Below, in pieces: positions 28,663 to 44,658 of a stretch of 64,000 bases of DNA. The stretch's first letter is position 1. The number at the start of each line of letters is the position of its first letter. The stretch is from the human T2T-CHM13v2.0 reference genome, Homo sapiens: assembly GCF_009914755.1 (NCBI RefSeq), contig NC_060928.1; one strand, written 5' to 3'. Below the pieces are notes generated by a model, which was not told the origin of the DNA, ran no database searches, and was given only the letters and a program-made list of their open reading frames with translations. The position numbers were made by a program, and so were the translations under genes.

Positions 28663-30241
28663 AATATACTATATATTTTATGTATTGATCTTATTGTATG
28701 TCTTCTCCAGTAGAATGTGAGTTCCACAAGATAGAGACTTTTATTTGTTTTGCTCATGGCGGAATTCCAGTGACAGAACAGTGCCTGGCAAATATTTGAA
28801 ATTAAACAAATATTTTTTGAATTAGTGAATATACTAATACAACCCTCATCCTAGACAACACTCACCTGGACACATCCAGGAGTCTACTAACTGCTCTCCC
28901 TTAATTCATTCTTGTCTCTGCCTATCCATTTGCAATGCTGCTGGTATAGTAATTTAAATAAAATAATTATACATTAGACTACATTCTGTCCCTGCCTCTT
29001 CACCTCAGTCATGGCTGTATAGCTAATATTGACTTATTTAAGTAAACTCTATTCATTCAGGGTTTCCTTAATCATTTAATAGTGAGGATTTCTACCTATG
29101 ACAGTTATTCAACAGTTTTTCACTTGACTTGTGTTTTTAGTGATCTTTTAAAGAAATCTTTGCAAAGTCTCTCATTACCTAATTTGGCTTTGATACTATA
29201 AAAATCAAGTGGATCATTCAAAATCTGATCTTTTGTATGTAGACACAAGATGAAAATATGCCTATCTTAACACAAAAGTTATGCTTTCAAAATGTTGCCT
29301 GTGAATCGATATATATGTTAAAGTCTAGGTTTTTATTTCAAAGCTTATAATAAATTGAATATTCATTCTTTTGGAAAATTCTTTGGGAATAAGACATAAT
29401 AAAATCTCACTTAAGCATTCATGAAAACAAAAGTTGCCTAAATCGTAAAACAGAGATGTATATTTTATATTTTGCATAGTAGATTAAAAGTCTAAAGGGG
29501 ATCATTGTTTAACAAAATTTCCATCAACCCTTGTCTTACCTCCAAAATAGAATAATATGTCCCCTTTTTTGTCTGTCCAAAACCTATTTCTTTGCTCCCT
29601 GTAAAAGCTGTATACTTGTAGAAATGAACAGATTGATGTAGTCTGATGGAACAATAAGATGCAGCAGGAATCCGGGCAACAAATGAGCCTGCCTGCCTGG
29701 TTGTTTTTCTTTACTCTGAACTACTGTATTGCTTGAGCTTTGCTTATGCCAAGCTAGTGGTTGGATGTGTGTGCCTTCTCTTAGTGAATTGTAACAGCCT
29801 GGAGGTCAAGGTTTTACTTACTTTGTGCCCCACAGAAGGCTTTGCATGGGGTAGGTACTGAAATTGTTTGTTATAATTAGTTTAAAAATTGGACACAGAA
29901 AAAATATATGAAGCAACTCTATCAACACATTAATGGAAATTTTAAAGCTAAATGCAAGTCTTCAGATTCAATGCAAAGAATGAACACCCAGAACACCCAG
30001 ATTTATCAATTATGTCAAATTTGGTGTTCTATACAATGAATTGGGCTGATAGCCATAGACATTTGAGTGTGTGTATGTGTGTAATGGTTCAAGCTAAGTT
30101 GAAGGGAAGGGTTTTGATAATTCTCAAAACAAGGCTGGATTTTTTTTTTTACAACATAGAAATTACTGTCTTGCTTCAAATAATACATTTGAATATAAAT
30201 GCATGCATGTTCATTTCCTACCTTCAGCTTCTCCCTTGCAG

Positions 30242-30490
30242 GTCTGGGGTCCTAAAACATTGCACGACTGTGTTTTCCTCCAGCTCAGGCTTCTCTACCT
30301 TTCTTTCTTTGGAGCATCTGTTATGCAACGTATTGAAAAGCAAATTGCCTGTTTTGGAAAGGGTGATTTCCTTTTGAGGCCATCTTAATCTCCAAGGAAA
30401 ATGTAGAGACACACAAAAATATGCACAAACAGCTGGAGTACAGGTTGACGTTAGTGAAACCAAACCTTTTTTTAAAATATATTCAGAAAT
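30242..30490 (+). other. Candidate exon (249 nt), non-coding or pseudogenised
   Basis: Strong acceptor ttcctaccttcagcttctcccttgcag|G and donor AAT|gtgagt; one frame has a single TGA (30375-30377) in 82 codons. Confidence 0.4.
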
Positions 30491-31194
30491 GTGAGTGAAG
30501 TTACTTTTTGTAAAACTTCCCTGCTGTCCTCACAGCACAGCATGCAGCTCTATGAGGCTGAATATGCTTTATTTTCACACAAACTTTTCTTAACATGGGT
30601 CAGTATTGACAGTGTAATCTTTACAAAATATGCCTCTGATGAAGAAAATAAATCCTCCACTTCTAATAGCAGGGTTGTAAAGAAAAATACAGCTCAAAAC
30701 AGTTCAAACAAGTTTCAAACAAGGAAACTTGTTTGAAATACCATGCTGCCGAAACATGTAAGAATATACTTACTCTTTAATCTCAGAATGACTTTCACTG
30801 GTTTATCTTTAATGTAATTATTTTTAGCCCTTATGATTTAAGTTTGGCTTCATGTGATCCATCTGGTTGGATCAGAGCCAATACTTATATGTTCCTCTCA
30901 GGTTTACTGAGTGCTTACATAAATATTATCTGGCAAAGTAGGTATTTCTCTTATCCCCATTTCACAAACATTTGGTGATTGCTTTTGCAGATGTTACCCA
31001 AAGATGTTACGGTAAACTCTAAAAATTCAAAAAACTTAGTCTATCTAATTGTTCTTTTTCATGAAGTGTCAGACATTTGTTTATGGTAAATTTATTCCAT
31101 TGTATTTTTGTAAACCAATTAAAGTGGAGTGACAAAATGATAATAAATCTAGTTTATGTCTAAACATGTGACAATACTCTTTCATCACTGAAGA

Positions 31195-31680
31195 GATGTT
31201 GTTAAGAAATATATTTGGCTACCAGTAGTTATAGCCTAAACAAGAGACATGTAGCTTTGTCTCATGTTAAAGAAATCTGAAAGCAGGCAGCTCAGGTTGA
31301 GGAAACCACGCTATATATATTATATATATTGTGTATATACTATTTCTTAGGGAACTACACGTTCCTTTCTGCTCTGCCATTCCCAGCACACACATGGTTT
31401 CCATTTTCAGGGCCCAGGGTAGTTTTCAGAGCTCCAGCCATCTTCTGCATCATTTTCTGTTAGGATGCAGAAGAAAAGGAAAGAAAAGCAAAAAGGTTTT
31501 TTCAGAAGTCCCACCCAATAATTGTTCTATCTACATTTCACTGGACATCCTAGTTCCAGGGGACATGGCAACAGTAGATTCCGGGATGGCTCATCATTGC
31601 AGGGCTGAGACTGGGGATTTGTTATTGAAAAAGAAAGGATGAATGGATTGGACAACAAAACTTGCTGTTTTTGTCACTCT
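31195..31680 (-). mobile_element. Old MaLR LTR (MLT1K/L-like)
   Basis: aagaaatctgaaagcaggcag, gctctgccattc, gagctccagccatc and ttttcagaagtccc blocks. Confidence 0.6.
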
Positions 31681-32199
31681 TCCAGAAAGGGTTTCTCTAC
31701 TTTTAAGAATAGAATCTATTGAACCCTCCAAACTATTACCCCACATATTTTTTTAAAAAGTCCCACTAATGGTTTAAAGAGTATCCTTGGTTGAATAAAA
31801 ATGTAATGGAAAAAACAAAATTAAGATAAAGCGAAGGTGACAGTTGAAAATCGAAAAGTATCCACCCCAGATCAGAGACTATATAATAGCAGTGAAAAAT
31901 GAACTAGAATTTAGTAAAAATCTATGTTATTCCTCTACAGGAATCACTTCCTGTAGGTATCTTGAGACTGTTAAGGAAGCATGCTTAAATTATGACTATT
32001 GCTCTATGGGGTTCTGAGAGCTAGAAGGAATGAAAACATCCAGAGTCTTACACATTCCCATCATGAACATGACTTAAAGTCTAAAATCATTATACTATTG
32101 ACATCGAACATTAGAAAAACAGTGAATTATTGAAAATCAAATTAACTCCTAATCTCAAAATTTACATTATAAACATAAAAATGTGCTAGAGCACGTTAG

Positions 32200-32620
32200 C
32201 AATTCAGTGCTAGTAAATTAAACAAAAGCAAGATAGGATTTAAAATACAGTTTTATTAAGAACCGACTGATTGTGAAAAATCATATAAACATTCCCTTAT
32301 ACTACTTGGAGAAAATGAGTGGCAAAAACATATAGAAACGCTAAATAATGCATTTTAGGCATATGTGTGTGGTATATAAATATATAGAAAAAGTAATAAA
32401 GCAGCCACATTCCCTAACCTGGTAATTCTACTCCTGGGAAACTCTTTTTGAAAAAGATGGATCCTAAATCCTGAAAAAAAGGTTTGATGCACAATCTTTA
32501 CAGCAGCAGGATTTGGAAGTAAAAAATTTAAAATAGCTAGCTGTTCAACAACAGGATAATAACTTAGGTAACTGGTGATACGTTCACTTACTGAAAACAG
32601 TATTGCTAATCAAGTAACTG
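32200..32620 (+). mobile_element. Old L1M fragment
   Basis: gtaattctactcctgggaa and tgttcaacaacaggataat resemble L1M 3' ORF2. Confidence 0.45.
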
Positions 32621-32629
32621 AACATGTAA

Positions 32630-33538
32630 GAAAAGGTCACAAGAGAACTCTAAGGTATCACAGAGGTACAGACTGCAGGGAGCTCCTGGAGCTGGGAGAG
32701 AAAAAGGAAGAGATTGAAGTTGAAACTTAGCACCTTCATGGAGGATCCCTGTGGACCCGTAGCCCAGACCTCTGAAAAGTCAGCCCCCTGGCTGAGGCTG
32801 ATGTTTCTGAGGTGTTGTGTGCTGAAGCTGGTTCTCTTAAGCGTGGGAACAACTGCAAACTGCATCCACCCACTGCTCTGGCAGGGCGCTGCCATTTGTA
32901 GGGTGAAAGAAGCATCTCTGGATGCTACGTAAGAAGTAGATAGAAAGCACAAAGGAAGGAGTTCCGTCACTCCCTTTTCCTGTAGAGCTCAACACTCCCT
33001 GAAGCATCTCCTCTAGGCAGAGCCTAACAGGGAACCAGCTATCACAGCAGAAACTCCTGGCCCCTCCCTGCACTCTTAACAGCAGGTCTTTTCAGGCTGT
33101 GCTTGGCCCATCTGGATGCCTACCTTCTCCTTCGTCAGCTCCTAGGGCTTCTGGAAAATCAAGAGTGGGTTAGGGGTGACGGGGAGCTCCCTGCTTCCGC
33201 AGGGCTGAGTAGGAGCCTATCCTTTGCTCAGTGGGCAAGGGCCACCTTGGCTAAGGTGCCCCACAGAACAGGTACCCAAGACTGGTAGGGATGGGGGAGA
33301 ATGTTCCCAGCCCTCCACAGGGCCTATGGGGCTTTTCCCACATGTGCCACTGCCTGCTGCAGGCAGGATGAGACACTGCCCACCATGGGGGCCTCCTGCT
33401 CATTGTTACCATCAACAGTGGGCTTTCTCACTTTTAACTGTGCTGGATCCAGTGGTCTGCAGAGTCCCAGAGCCACCACAGCAAAACTGAGTATAGAAGG
33501 CTGGTTTGGAGGTGAGAGGCAATAACTTAACTGGCACA
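32630..33538 (-). mobile_element. LTR41/LTR50-like ERVL LTR, split by a 398-bp insert
   Basis: Reverse complement starts TGTGCCAGTTAAGTTATTGCCTCTCACCTCCAAACCAGCCTTCTATACTC and contains AGCTGGTTCCCTGTTAGGCTCTGCC, as in the recalled LTR41 consensus. Confidence 0.75.
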
Positions 33539-33898
33539 GCCTTACTTATTGCCTGTCTCTAGCTAGAAAATAGACTCTTCAGGGACACAGTAGCTCCAGT
33601 TCTTAGAGCAGTGCCCGACCCATGGCAGGTGCTCCATAGGTATTGCTGAATTAATGAAAAGAAACTCTCTGTTATTGAAGGAAGGGGTAAATTGTGAAAA
33701 AAAATTATGGCATCTTTATTTCTGCCTTTGGAGTTTTCCTAATTCAGAAATTCCTCTAACAAAGGAAAGGTGCAAACCAAGAGAACGCCTCCCCTCTTTC
33801 CTGTTCTACTTTTTCTTAACTATGTGTGACTTCAACAAGTTACTTAACTGTAGGAACCCCGGTTTTATAATCCTGAAGACAGAAATAGCATTTACTTT

Positions 33899-34193
33899 TT
33901 TTTTCTCTTTTGAGATGGAGTCTCACTATGTCACCCAGGCTGGAGTGCAGTGGCGTGATCTCGGCTCACTGAAACCTCCACCGCCCAGGTTCAAGCAATC
34001 CTCCTGTCTCAGCCTCCTGAGTAGCTGCAACTACAGGCACCTGCCACCATGCCTGGCTAATTTTTGTATTTTTAGTAGAGACGGGGTTTCTCCATGTTGG
34101 CCAGGCTGGTCTCAAACTCCTGACCTCAGGTGATCCACCCACCTCGGCCTCCTAAAGTGCTGGGATTTCAGGCGTGAGCCACTGCCTTCAGCT
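33899..34193 (-). mobile_element. AluSx inserted in a MIR (~33800-34285)
   Basis: Full antisense Alu; 17-bp TSD GAAATAGCATTTACTTT at 33882-33898 and 34195-34211. Confidence 0.95.
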
Positions 34194-34384
34194 GGAAATA
34201 GCATTTACTTTAGAGTGTGATTGTAAAGATTAGTGTGATAATATGTACAGAACATCTTATATTCATGGAGGGCACACATTTGTTCAATGAATTGTACTGA
34301 TGAGATCACAAATCACATTTCCTCACCCTTCAACCACTGCGCATCCAATATCATTTCCAAGTAGGTATGATTTCTGAATCATAA

Positions 34385-34635
34385 TAGAAACTAACACTTC
34401 TTGGGTATTTCTGTTTTGTGCCTAGCACCACTATAAGTGTTTTACCTATATTAACTCAATTAATTCTCCCAAGAATTTATGAAGTAAATGCTTTTATTTT
34501 TCCAATTTTACCGAAGAGGAAATTAAGGCAGAGAAAGTTAAAAGGAAAAAAAAAAACCTTATATTACGTAGCTAGAAAGTGTCAGAGCTAGGGTTTGAAC
34601 CCAAGCAATCTGGCTCCAGAGTCTTAGCCACTGGT
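34385..34635 (-). mobile_element. MIR SINE
   Basis: ttttaccgaagaggaaattaaggcagaga...tttgaacccaagcaatctggctccagagtc. Confidence 0.82.
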
Positions 34636-35329
34636 ACAGTGATTCTTTAATAGGACTACTAATAACTATATTCTTATTGCTAACTATTCTATAAGACTTC
34701 TGGGTATTTACAGGACTGTCTTGTGTAATTATTAATAGGGCACTTTACCCAATTCAGCCAAAATTCCTAAGGAGAATCATTGACTTAGAAAAACCACATC
34801 TGATTGAATCGAGCACGCCAAGAATGAGGAGAGATGGTGTCTCCTTTCACAAGGGTATCTGGACAGAGCTTAAAGTGTCAATCTAATTATAAACTGTTAT
34901 TCTCCTATTATGGAAAAACCCTGTAATTGGATACTAGAAAATTCTCTGTAAAACCTTGTCCCTCAGGCAAGGCTTAATACTGGTCTCAGAAGCCCAGTTA
35001 AGTATGTTTTAAAAAATTGGTTATCCTTAAAAATACTGAAGGGAAATACTTCCCATTAATGCAGTTGTCATTGGATGGTAACATAATAGGTAATATATAT
35101 TTTTTTCTTTTTTAAAAGTCTTTTATTCAAAATTTTTCTTAAGAGGAAGAATTGTTATAAAAACAATGTATTTCTTAAGTATAAGAAAACATTTCTACAA
35201 AAAGTAGAAATTTTAGATAAGTAAAAATAAAATGAATTATACATAATTAATTACACCATTGCATGTTAAAAATCTGCTATATTTTCCAAATTGTTCTAAT
35301 GTAAGGATACTCATAAATTGTGTGAGTCT

Positions 35330-36235
<906 letters not shown>

Positions 36236-36559
36236 AATATGTTTCAAAAGCTTTTACACCAGCTGATGAATTAATTATATTGAAATTCCTATTCATGTTT
36301 ATTCCACACATTACATTTTAAAGGAGAAATCAAAGGCATATCCAGTCCTGGAGTGGACTCAATGTCTAAGCAGAGACAAGGGTAACTTGGCACCAACGTT
36401 ACAGGAAAAGACAGTGCTGGGCTCATGAGAGACTCTCAGGAAGAAATGCCAAGAATTCAATCTGGGCGAGAACTATTCTCTTGGGCACAGTGAAAAGTTT
36501 TCTCCTAACCATAGTTTCTTCATGAAACAAAACTAAAGATTAATATCAAACTTCACAGT

Positions 36560-36860
36560 GTATCCTTCCCAGTTCCTCTCTGCCTGGTTAGGCTTATTCA
36601 TCCCTTAGATCTCAGCTCAAGCACCATTTCCTCAAGGAAGTTTTCCCTGACCTTGCCTACTAGGTCAAACCTCCTTTTTATGTTCCTGAGACAGTGTAGT
36701 TTTTTGCAGTACTTCTCACCGTTGTGATTTTACATCTATTTACCTGATTGTTTGATTCATACCGCTCTCATTTATTTGAATGGATTCTCCCTGAGGGCAG
36801 AAACTGTCTGTTTTTGCAACTCTTCATCTCTCAGCCTGCCACAAAGGAAATGAATGACAA
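36560..36860 (+). mobile_element. L2 3' fragment
   Basis: tctcagctcaagcaccatttcctcaaggaagttttccctgacc...ctccctgagggcag. Confidence 0.7.
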
Positions 36861-37216
36861 AGATTCGTTAGATAAATTGTATGTGAAAATGCACTTTAAT
36901 TATAATTAATATCCAAAAAGAGTGAGTTCAGCCATTCTACATGAATACTTTTGACATTATCATGAAGTGCTAATTTGAAGAGCCACTTCCGATACTATCA
37001 CACAGAAAAATCTAAACTCAGGAGATCATAATTTAACAGCAAAATCAACACTCTATTGCCCCAAGTGAACAGAACACATTTTTCCACCTAAAATTCTCGG
37101 CAAACAAGTTCGGTTTAAATAGACCTTTCCATGAAATCCCTCATTATATAACTTTTTAAAATGCCATTGGTTTGATCCATAGGGACATAAAAATTAAAAG
37201 AAAAAATCCTGTGTAC

Positions 37217-37850
<634 letters not shown>

Positions 37851-40714
37851 CTCTTTGGTCTAACTCAGATGGAAAAACCCCTACCTTGTTACAATTTGTT
37901 TTACACCACACTCACCTATTGCAAACTGGGAAAGCTGCCAAAGAGATATTTGAGTAACAGCAATCTGTTACAAGAATCTGAGTAAGAAAACTTACTCAAT
38001 GGAAGTCCTCAAGTCTCCACAGCATTCATTTTCTCTTATTTCTACCCATAATTTAACACATTCATTTATTAACTTTCTAAAGTCAAAGAAAGAAACGAGA
38101 AATGTTGAGAAAGGTGACCAATAGCTTGCACACTTCTATCTGAGGATTCAGACTCTTAATCCTTCACATTTTATTAGATGGCAACCTTGATAACAAGATA
38201 ATACAAATACTATGGAAAGATAGAACAACAAATCTAAGCTGTTGGGGCCTGCATAGTGTGCATAGTTCAGGAACAAGCGGGCTTTTGAATGTAGTTCAGA
38301 ATAGTCATTGATGTTAGAAAGAGTTAAGTGATTGATCATAGGACATACTTCATTTAACAAAACAGGATAGTGACATTATATCAGAGGAAGAGTTCTATCC
38401 AAAGTGGTGAAAATAAAATATTGAAATTCAGTAATTTTGTTTACTAAGAGTAGCTTATTCTCCCAAGGTAAAGGGGAAAATAGGGATAGATGGAGAGAGG
38501 TAATAGCAGATAAGAAGAGGGTTTTGCTCTGGTTAGTCAAGGCTTTATTATTAAAGGAGCTCCCCTGAAAAATTAGGCCTCTTTTATTGTACAACATATG
38601 CATTTTTAGGTCAAGCATATGTTAGATTAACACAGTGCTGTAAAATAATGCCTTCATATTGATAGCAGCTATTGCAACACACTTATTAGTAGGAAAATGT
38701 TCTGCCCTGCCCCCTGAGTCAAATACCATCTTCCGTGGGCTTTTGTGACAAGATCTTAATGGAGCCTTTGGATTATTATACACTTTGGCCTAAGCAAGTG
38801 AATGACCGCTAGGTCTGTTCACTGACTTCAAATCACATGTTATCAGTGAAACCTTCACTGCTGGGTTTCCTTTCATTGTATCTCCAGGCTGACCGTTTCC
38901 TGTCAATGTCCTTAGAACGGAGAATATACTGAAAACTAGGGTCAGCCACTCAGCCGCTAGCGCTGCACTCTGGCTTTGGAAGATAAAGTCATTTTTATTT
39001 TGTTTTGTTTCAAAATATTATTTTTTTCTTTTTTTTTTAAACCCAACATTAGATTTTTCTGTGATTTGTTTCTTGTTAAAAATCAGCAAGGTACATTTTA
39101 AACAATATATAGCATTGTCTAAAGATTTATCAATAAAAAAATTAATTTCTTATTGTGCACGTTATGCCTTATTCAAGAATTTGCATGCTCTGTCCAGCAT
39201 ACAGTCTTTGAGGCTGCACAGAGTAGAGGCAACTAAAATTCGAATATGAGCCTTGTAATATGATAACTCATGAAAAGCTACTAATTTATGTGTGATGATT
39301 AGTTAATGGAAACTGACTAATTTTTTTTAAGTCCAAAGTGTATTTATTATAACTATAATGCAATATCTTTCAGACTTTGTGTTCATAAGCTTGTTTTTTT
39401 CTTTCTTATTTGTCTTTTATTTTTGAAAACATAACTGAGTTATTATTTTGAGCACGTTGGGGGAAAATAAGCATATCAATAAATAAAAGAAGGTAAACAA
39501 ATCCCAAGACATAAATATCAAGAAAGGAAGACATTAACTGTCCCAGGTCGGGAGAGAACAGTTAGCACAGCTGCTTGGAAGTGTGACGATCATCCTCACC
39601 CTTCAGGCTCATCACATTATTAGAATTATTTAACGGTCAAGGTGTGAAGGATTAGGATAACCAGCTCTCAGTAATTAGCACTATACAACCTGTTTTGATT
39701 GGAATGACAGAAGGAAGTAGAAGCTTCTTCGACATGGGGGGAAATGGGATGAAGTAGGCAGCAGCAGAAATAAGTAACTGCTTATTTCTGAAAAGCTTTG
39801 TTATTGTGGTGTTGTCATTGCTACCACTTAAGTGAGCTCCAGACCATGTTTCCTGCTCCACGAGGAGAGAGCTGTTCTCATGAGCAAGGAAATCAACTGA
39901 TAGCAGCAAAAAATTAAAAAAACAAAATCTAGAAAAAGGATCCAGTCATTTTATGCAGTCACATAGTAAAGAATATCCTTAATCAACAGCTCCAAATTAA
40001 TTGGCAATAGGCAAAATCACAGTACTGGATTTGAACACGGGTAGGTTAACATAATTTTGACAGGTGCAAGAAAGGGCTCTCCACAGAGAGACAGTGCCTG
40101 GGCTGGGCTCTCTGAACAAGCCTAACCCAGGGAAACTGTACTATAATATAAAAAGAAAAGAGAACAACTCACACGCAGTGGCGGTCTGAAGAAAACATTT
40201 CCTACTTTCCGTTTGAGTTCAGAATAAGCCCCGATCAGGACTAAGATAGGAGAGAAAATTGATCAGTTGCGTTGTTGTCCTCAAATTAGTTTTCATATGA
40301 TTATTTTGTCTTTTTTGTTTATTTAATGTTTGGTTGGCTGATGTTTTAAATGGAGCAAGTTATTCTATTTCCTTACTGATTGAATGCCAGTTGAACTACT
40401 TTTGGCTTCTAGATGGAAATTTCTGATTCTCTTGCAATTATCCACACTAGTGTGATTTTTCTTTCTCTTTGGAAGTTCCAGGGTCCCTGACTCTCTGTTA
40501 TATGCACTCCAGGGACAGATGGCAGAGGAAGACACCACCTGTCTGACAAAAGACATTACCTGGCTGGTGCTCTGAGTGTCATGCTGAGTAGAGTAGCCAT
40601 CACTGAGAAACGCTCAGTTGTTATTTAATTGTACATTCAGGCACCTAATTTTATTTAGTTTTGCCTTTAATCACTTATATTTTTTAATTTGCCTTACATT
40701 TTAAAATTTGATGT

Positions 40715-40965
40715 ATATGTCTCTGCAAACTGTCAACTCCTGGAAGACAGAGACAGTGTCATGCTTCTTTCAGAACCTATAAATAACAAAAAACACAAGA
40801 GAATTAAATAAATATTTGATAAATTACATTCAACACTGGACTGTAATCTTCATGAAGGCAAGTGTTGTGACCATTTTGTTCACGGTGATATTTCTAATGC
40901 TTACAATTATTCCTGGTCCATTGCTAAGTGCTTCACGAATATTTGTTTAATAGATGAATAAATAA
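40715..40965 (+). mobile_element. Two adjacent L2 3'-tail fragments
   Basis: ctgtcaactcctggaagacagagac...aatatttg and gactgtaatcttcatgaaggca...atatttgtttaatagatgaat. Confidence 0.6.
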
Positions 40966-42949
40966 CGTTTTCAAATTGTAAGTTTTATTTTCAACTGAGG
41001 TTGAGGTTGCGGTGAGGAGAAAGAAGAGTGGAAGAGGGACATTTCCTGTTCCTGGATCACATGAGGGCCATCTTTTCACAGTTGGTTTTCTCTACCTTAT
41101 TGGCCTATGATCAAAAATAAGGGCAGATCCAGGAAGCTTGCATGAGATCTAGCTGTTTCTAAATCCTCAGAGCTGGGATGTATGCCACCACTCACTGCCC
41201 CATTCCCAATTACCAATTATTTCATCAAAGGATGGACTTGGGCTAAACATCTCCCTTTGTTTTGGTTAGGAGGATCCGCTTATATTTTCTGGTTGAGTAA
41301 TATTGTCCTTTATGAAATATAAAATGTGCAATTTTGATCATTTTACACTTTCAGCATGAAGAAAAAAATATCCTGTCTCTGTAACATTCTTTGCAAGGAT
41401 ATTTACTGCTCATGAGTACATAAGGACTTAGATTCATACACAAGGCACACAGGTTTCACCCACAATTTGTTAGTTCTACTATTTCCACATATATTTTATC
41501 TGATCCTATTTTCACACATATTAGATTAGAGATCAAAATCAAGTGTCATGCCTTAGACATTTTTATATCTCCTGCCTGGAACAACATGTGTTCATTAGTA
41601 TTTGTTAAATGTGTGAATGAATGAATGGTCATTTTATTTTCTCTTACTATTACCATAATTTCCTTACCCCTTCAGAGGAGTTGCTATTTTTCTGAAAATA
41701 TGCATTTCTCCTCTGATTCATATTCATGTCTTGTATTTTAAGACTTCATGCTGAGAAATTCTAATTGCCTATATCATAATGTTGATTTGGCTACTCAGAA
41801 TTTTCTTAACCTTGGTTTGTTACAGCAAGTTCCCAGCATTCCCCTCAAGTTCCCAGATTCATGATTGCCTCATTAAAATCAGAACAAAATATAGAGAGGA
41901 CATTTTACATAGACCCCTTGTTTGGATTTATTTATTTTTTCAATTTTTCCTCTCTTTACCAACTAGTACTTGGAAACAAGTACTGTAGCTAGAAAGTTGA
42001 AAAAAAAAAAGCAAGCTGTTGAATGGTTATTTCAAATTACAATTTGACTTTTCCTGGAGATAAAAGTGAAAAAGAAAAAAACCTTAGTCTGACTGTGATC
42101 ACCTAATATACTTAGAAATATATTTAGGAATTCATTTAGAAAATACAAATAAAAATAATGAATATTGACGCATTAAAAAAATAAATGGCCTTAACCTCTG
42201 AGTTTACAACTTAGGTCTCTTATCACAATTATTTTTTGTTACCAGAAAGATAACATTTTAAATAACTGTGCCCTTTAAAACATTTATATTGTTTTTCTTC
42301 ACAGTAGTTAAGATAAGGTAGTGCAGGAGTTCTCCCTAATTTTTAGAAGTAATTAGAACCAATTAATTGATTTGGGAAGTTCTCAACAAGGTACTATTAT
42401 TCTGATTCTAGTACTTTTCCCTCTAAGACTCCTAGACCCTCCTATGAAATTCTTGGAACTTTTTTTTCAGAAACCTTATACTTTCCATCCTAATCTACAA
42501 ATCTAACTTTTGGAGGTAGTTTTTGAATACACTCCTTTCTGTTTTCCAGTTATAACAATAGGAGATGAAATAATTCAGCTTGGAATAAAAACACTGAGAA
42601 CTTTCACAGAATTGCCACATAGGTGAAACTTGACCTTGGTGCCATTCCTAGACTTGTCCCTTCCATCTGGCCCCCATCCTCTAGATCTATTTCAAGCCAA
42701 AAGGCCTCATTCTCTGAGCTGGTTCTTAAGTGGCATGGAAAAGATGCTGGCTGGTAACTTAAATTGTATCATCCTTAGTATCATTTTGTATCAGAAAATT
42801 TATAGACCATATCCTTGAAAATTCAGAATAAATGACTGTTCATCATGGAATTTAGCGGGGCAATATTGCAAGCATCCTGCAATGACCACCTGCCCCAGAT
42901 CCTCAGAACAAATACTTTAGGAAGTATTGGGCAGGTGACACAGTTGTCT

Positions 42950-43669
<720 letters not shown>

Positions 43670-44349
43670 TGATAAGGAAAGCAAGAATGAGGAAAGGACT
43701 TGGTGGTATTTGTATCCATCTACAGAAAGAAGTCAGCTATCAGACTCCGGAAACCCAAACAATTTTCTGATGAAGGAGAGGCGTGGTATGACAATTGGCC
43801 CTGACCTCTGCACAAGCGATCACCAAGATTCACTGATTCTGCAGCTGTAGAATCAACTCCCAGACTAAGTTATCTAAGAATGAAACCTCAAATCTTCCAC
43901 ACTAAAATCACCTTTAAAAACATAAGCTCTTTAAAAAAAATAATAAGAGGTAACTTTTCTAAAATATTTTGTATAAATATTTTATAATTTGTGTGTGTGT
44001 ATGCACATTTGTAGATTTTTAATTTGTAGGTACTCTTTATTTGCATTTTTTCACAAAAAAGCCTTCCTCTAATATTTATAAATAAATAAATATAGTAAAG
44101 AAAAACGGTTATCAGTATGAACAATAAATACAATTTTTATGCAACTTAACTTTAAAGTATCTAATCTTTGGAATTCTGGGTTGTAATGTGGAGAAATAAT
44201 GACATCTGATTTGCCTTCCCTGTCATTCCATAAAATATTCTTGAAACCCAAAAAAGAGAAATAGTGACTCAACATTATTTTTATTCCCTCAGTTTAAAAT
44301 TCTTCTTTAGGCTCCATTTAATCAGCTCTTACCACTTTCGTCTTTTAAC

Positions 44350-44658
44350 TTTTTTCTTTCTTTCTTTTTTGAAATAGGGTCTTGCCCTGTTTCCCAAGGT
44401 GGAGTGCAGTGGTGTGATCACAGCTCACTAGGCTCAAACCCGTAGCCTTGAGCAATCCCCTCACCTCAGCCTCCTGAGTAGCTAGGACTACAGGTGTGCC
44501 CCATCACACCTGGCTAATTTTTAAATTTTTTTAATGGAGAAATGGGATCTCTCTATGTTGCCCAGGCTGGTCTCAAACTCCTAGTCTCAAGCAATCTTCC
44601 AGCCTAGGCCTCCCAAAGTACTGGGATTACACGCATGAGCTACCTACCATGCCCAGCC
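44350..44658 (-). mobile_element. AluJ
   Basis: Diverged antisense Alu with J-type gatcacagctcac and tatgttgcccaggctgg. Confidence 0.9.

Noticed and set aside
31935-31956. 9-bp hairpin CTACAGGAA-TCAC-TTCCTGTAG, and similar 8-9-bp stems at 6780-6799 and 18757-18775
   Set aside because: Stems this short are expected several times by chance in 64 kb of AT-rich DNA.
33000-33025. LTR41-type CTCF site
   Set aside because: The corresponding position reads GCCTAGAGGAGATGC on the minus strand, which is degraded relative to the AGGGGGCGC core.
40481-40574. Possible plus-strand acceptor at 40480 followed by VPDSLLYALQGQMAEEDTTCLTKDITWLVL*
   Set aside because: An upstream competing AG, no convincing donor and no recognised homology.
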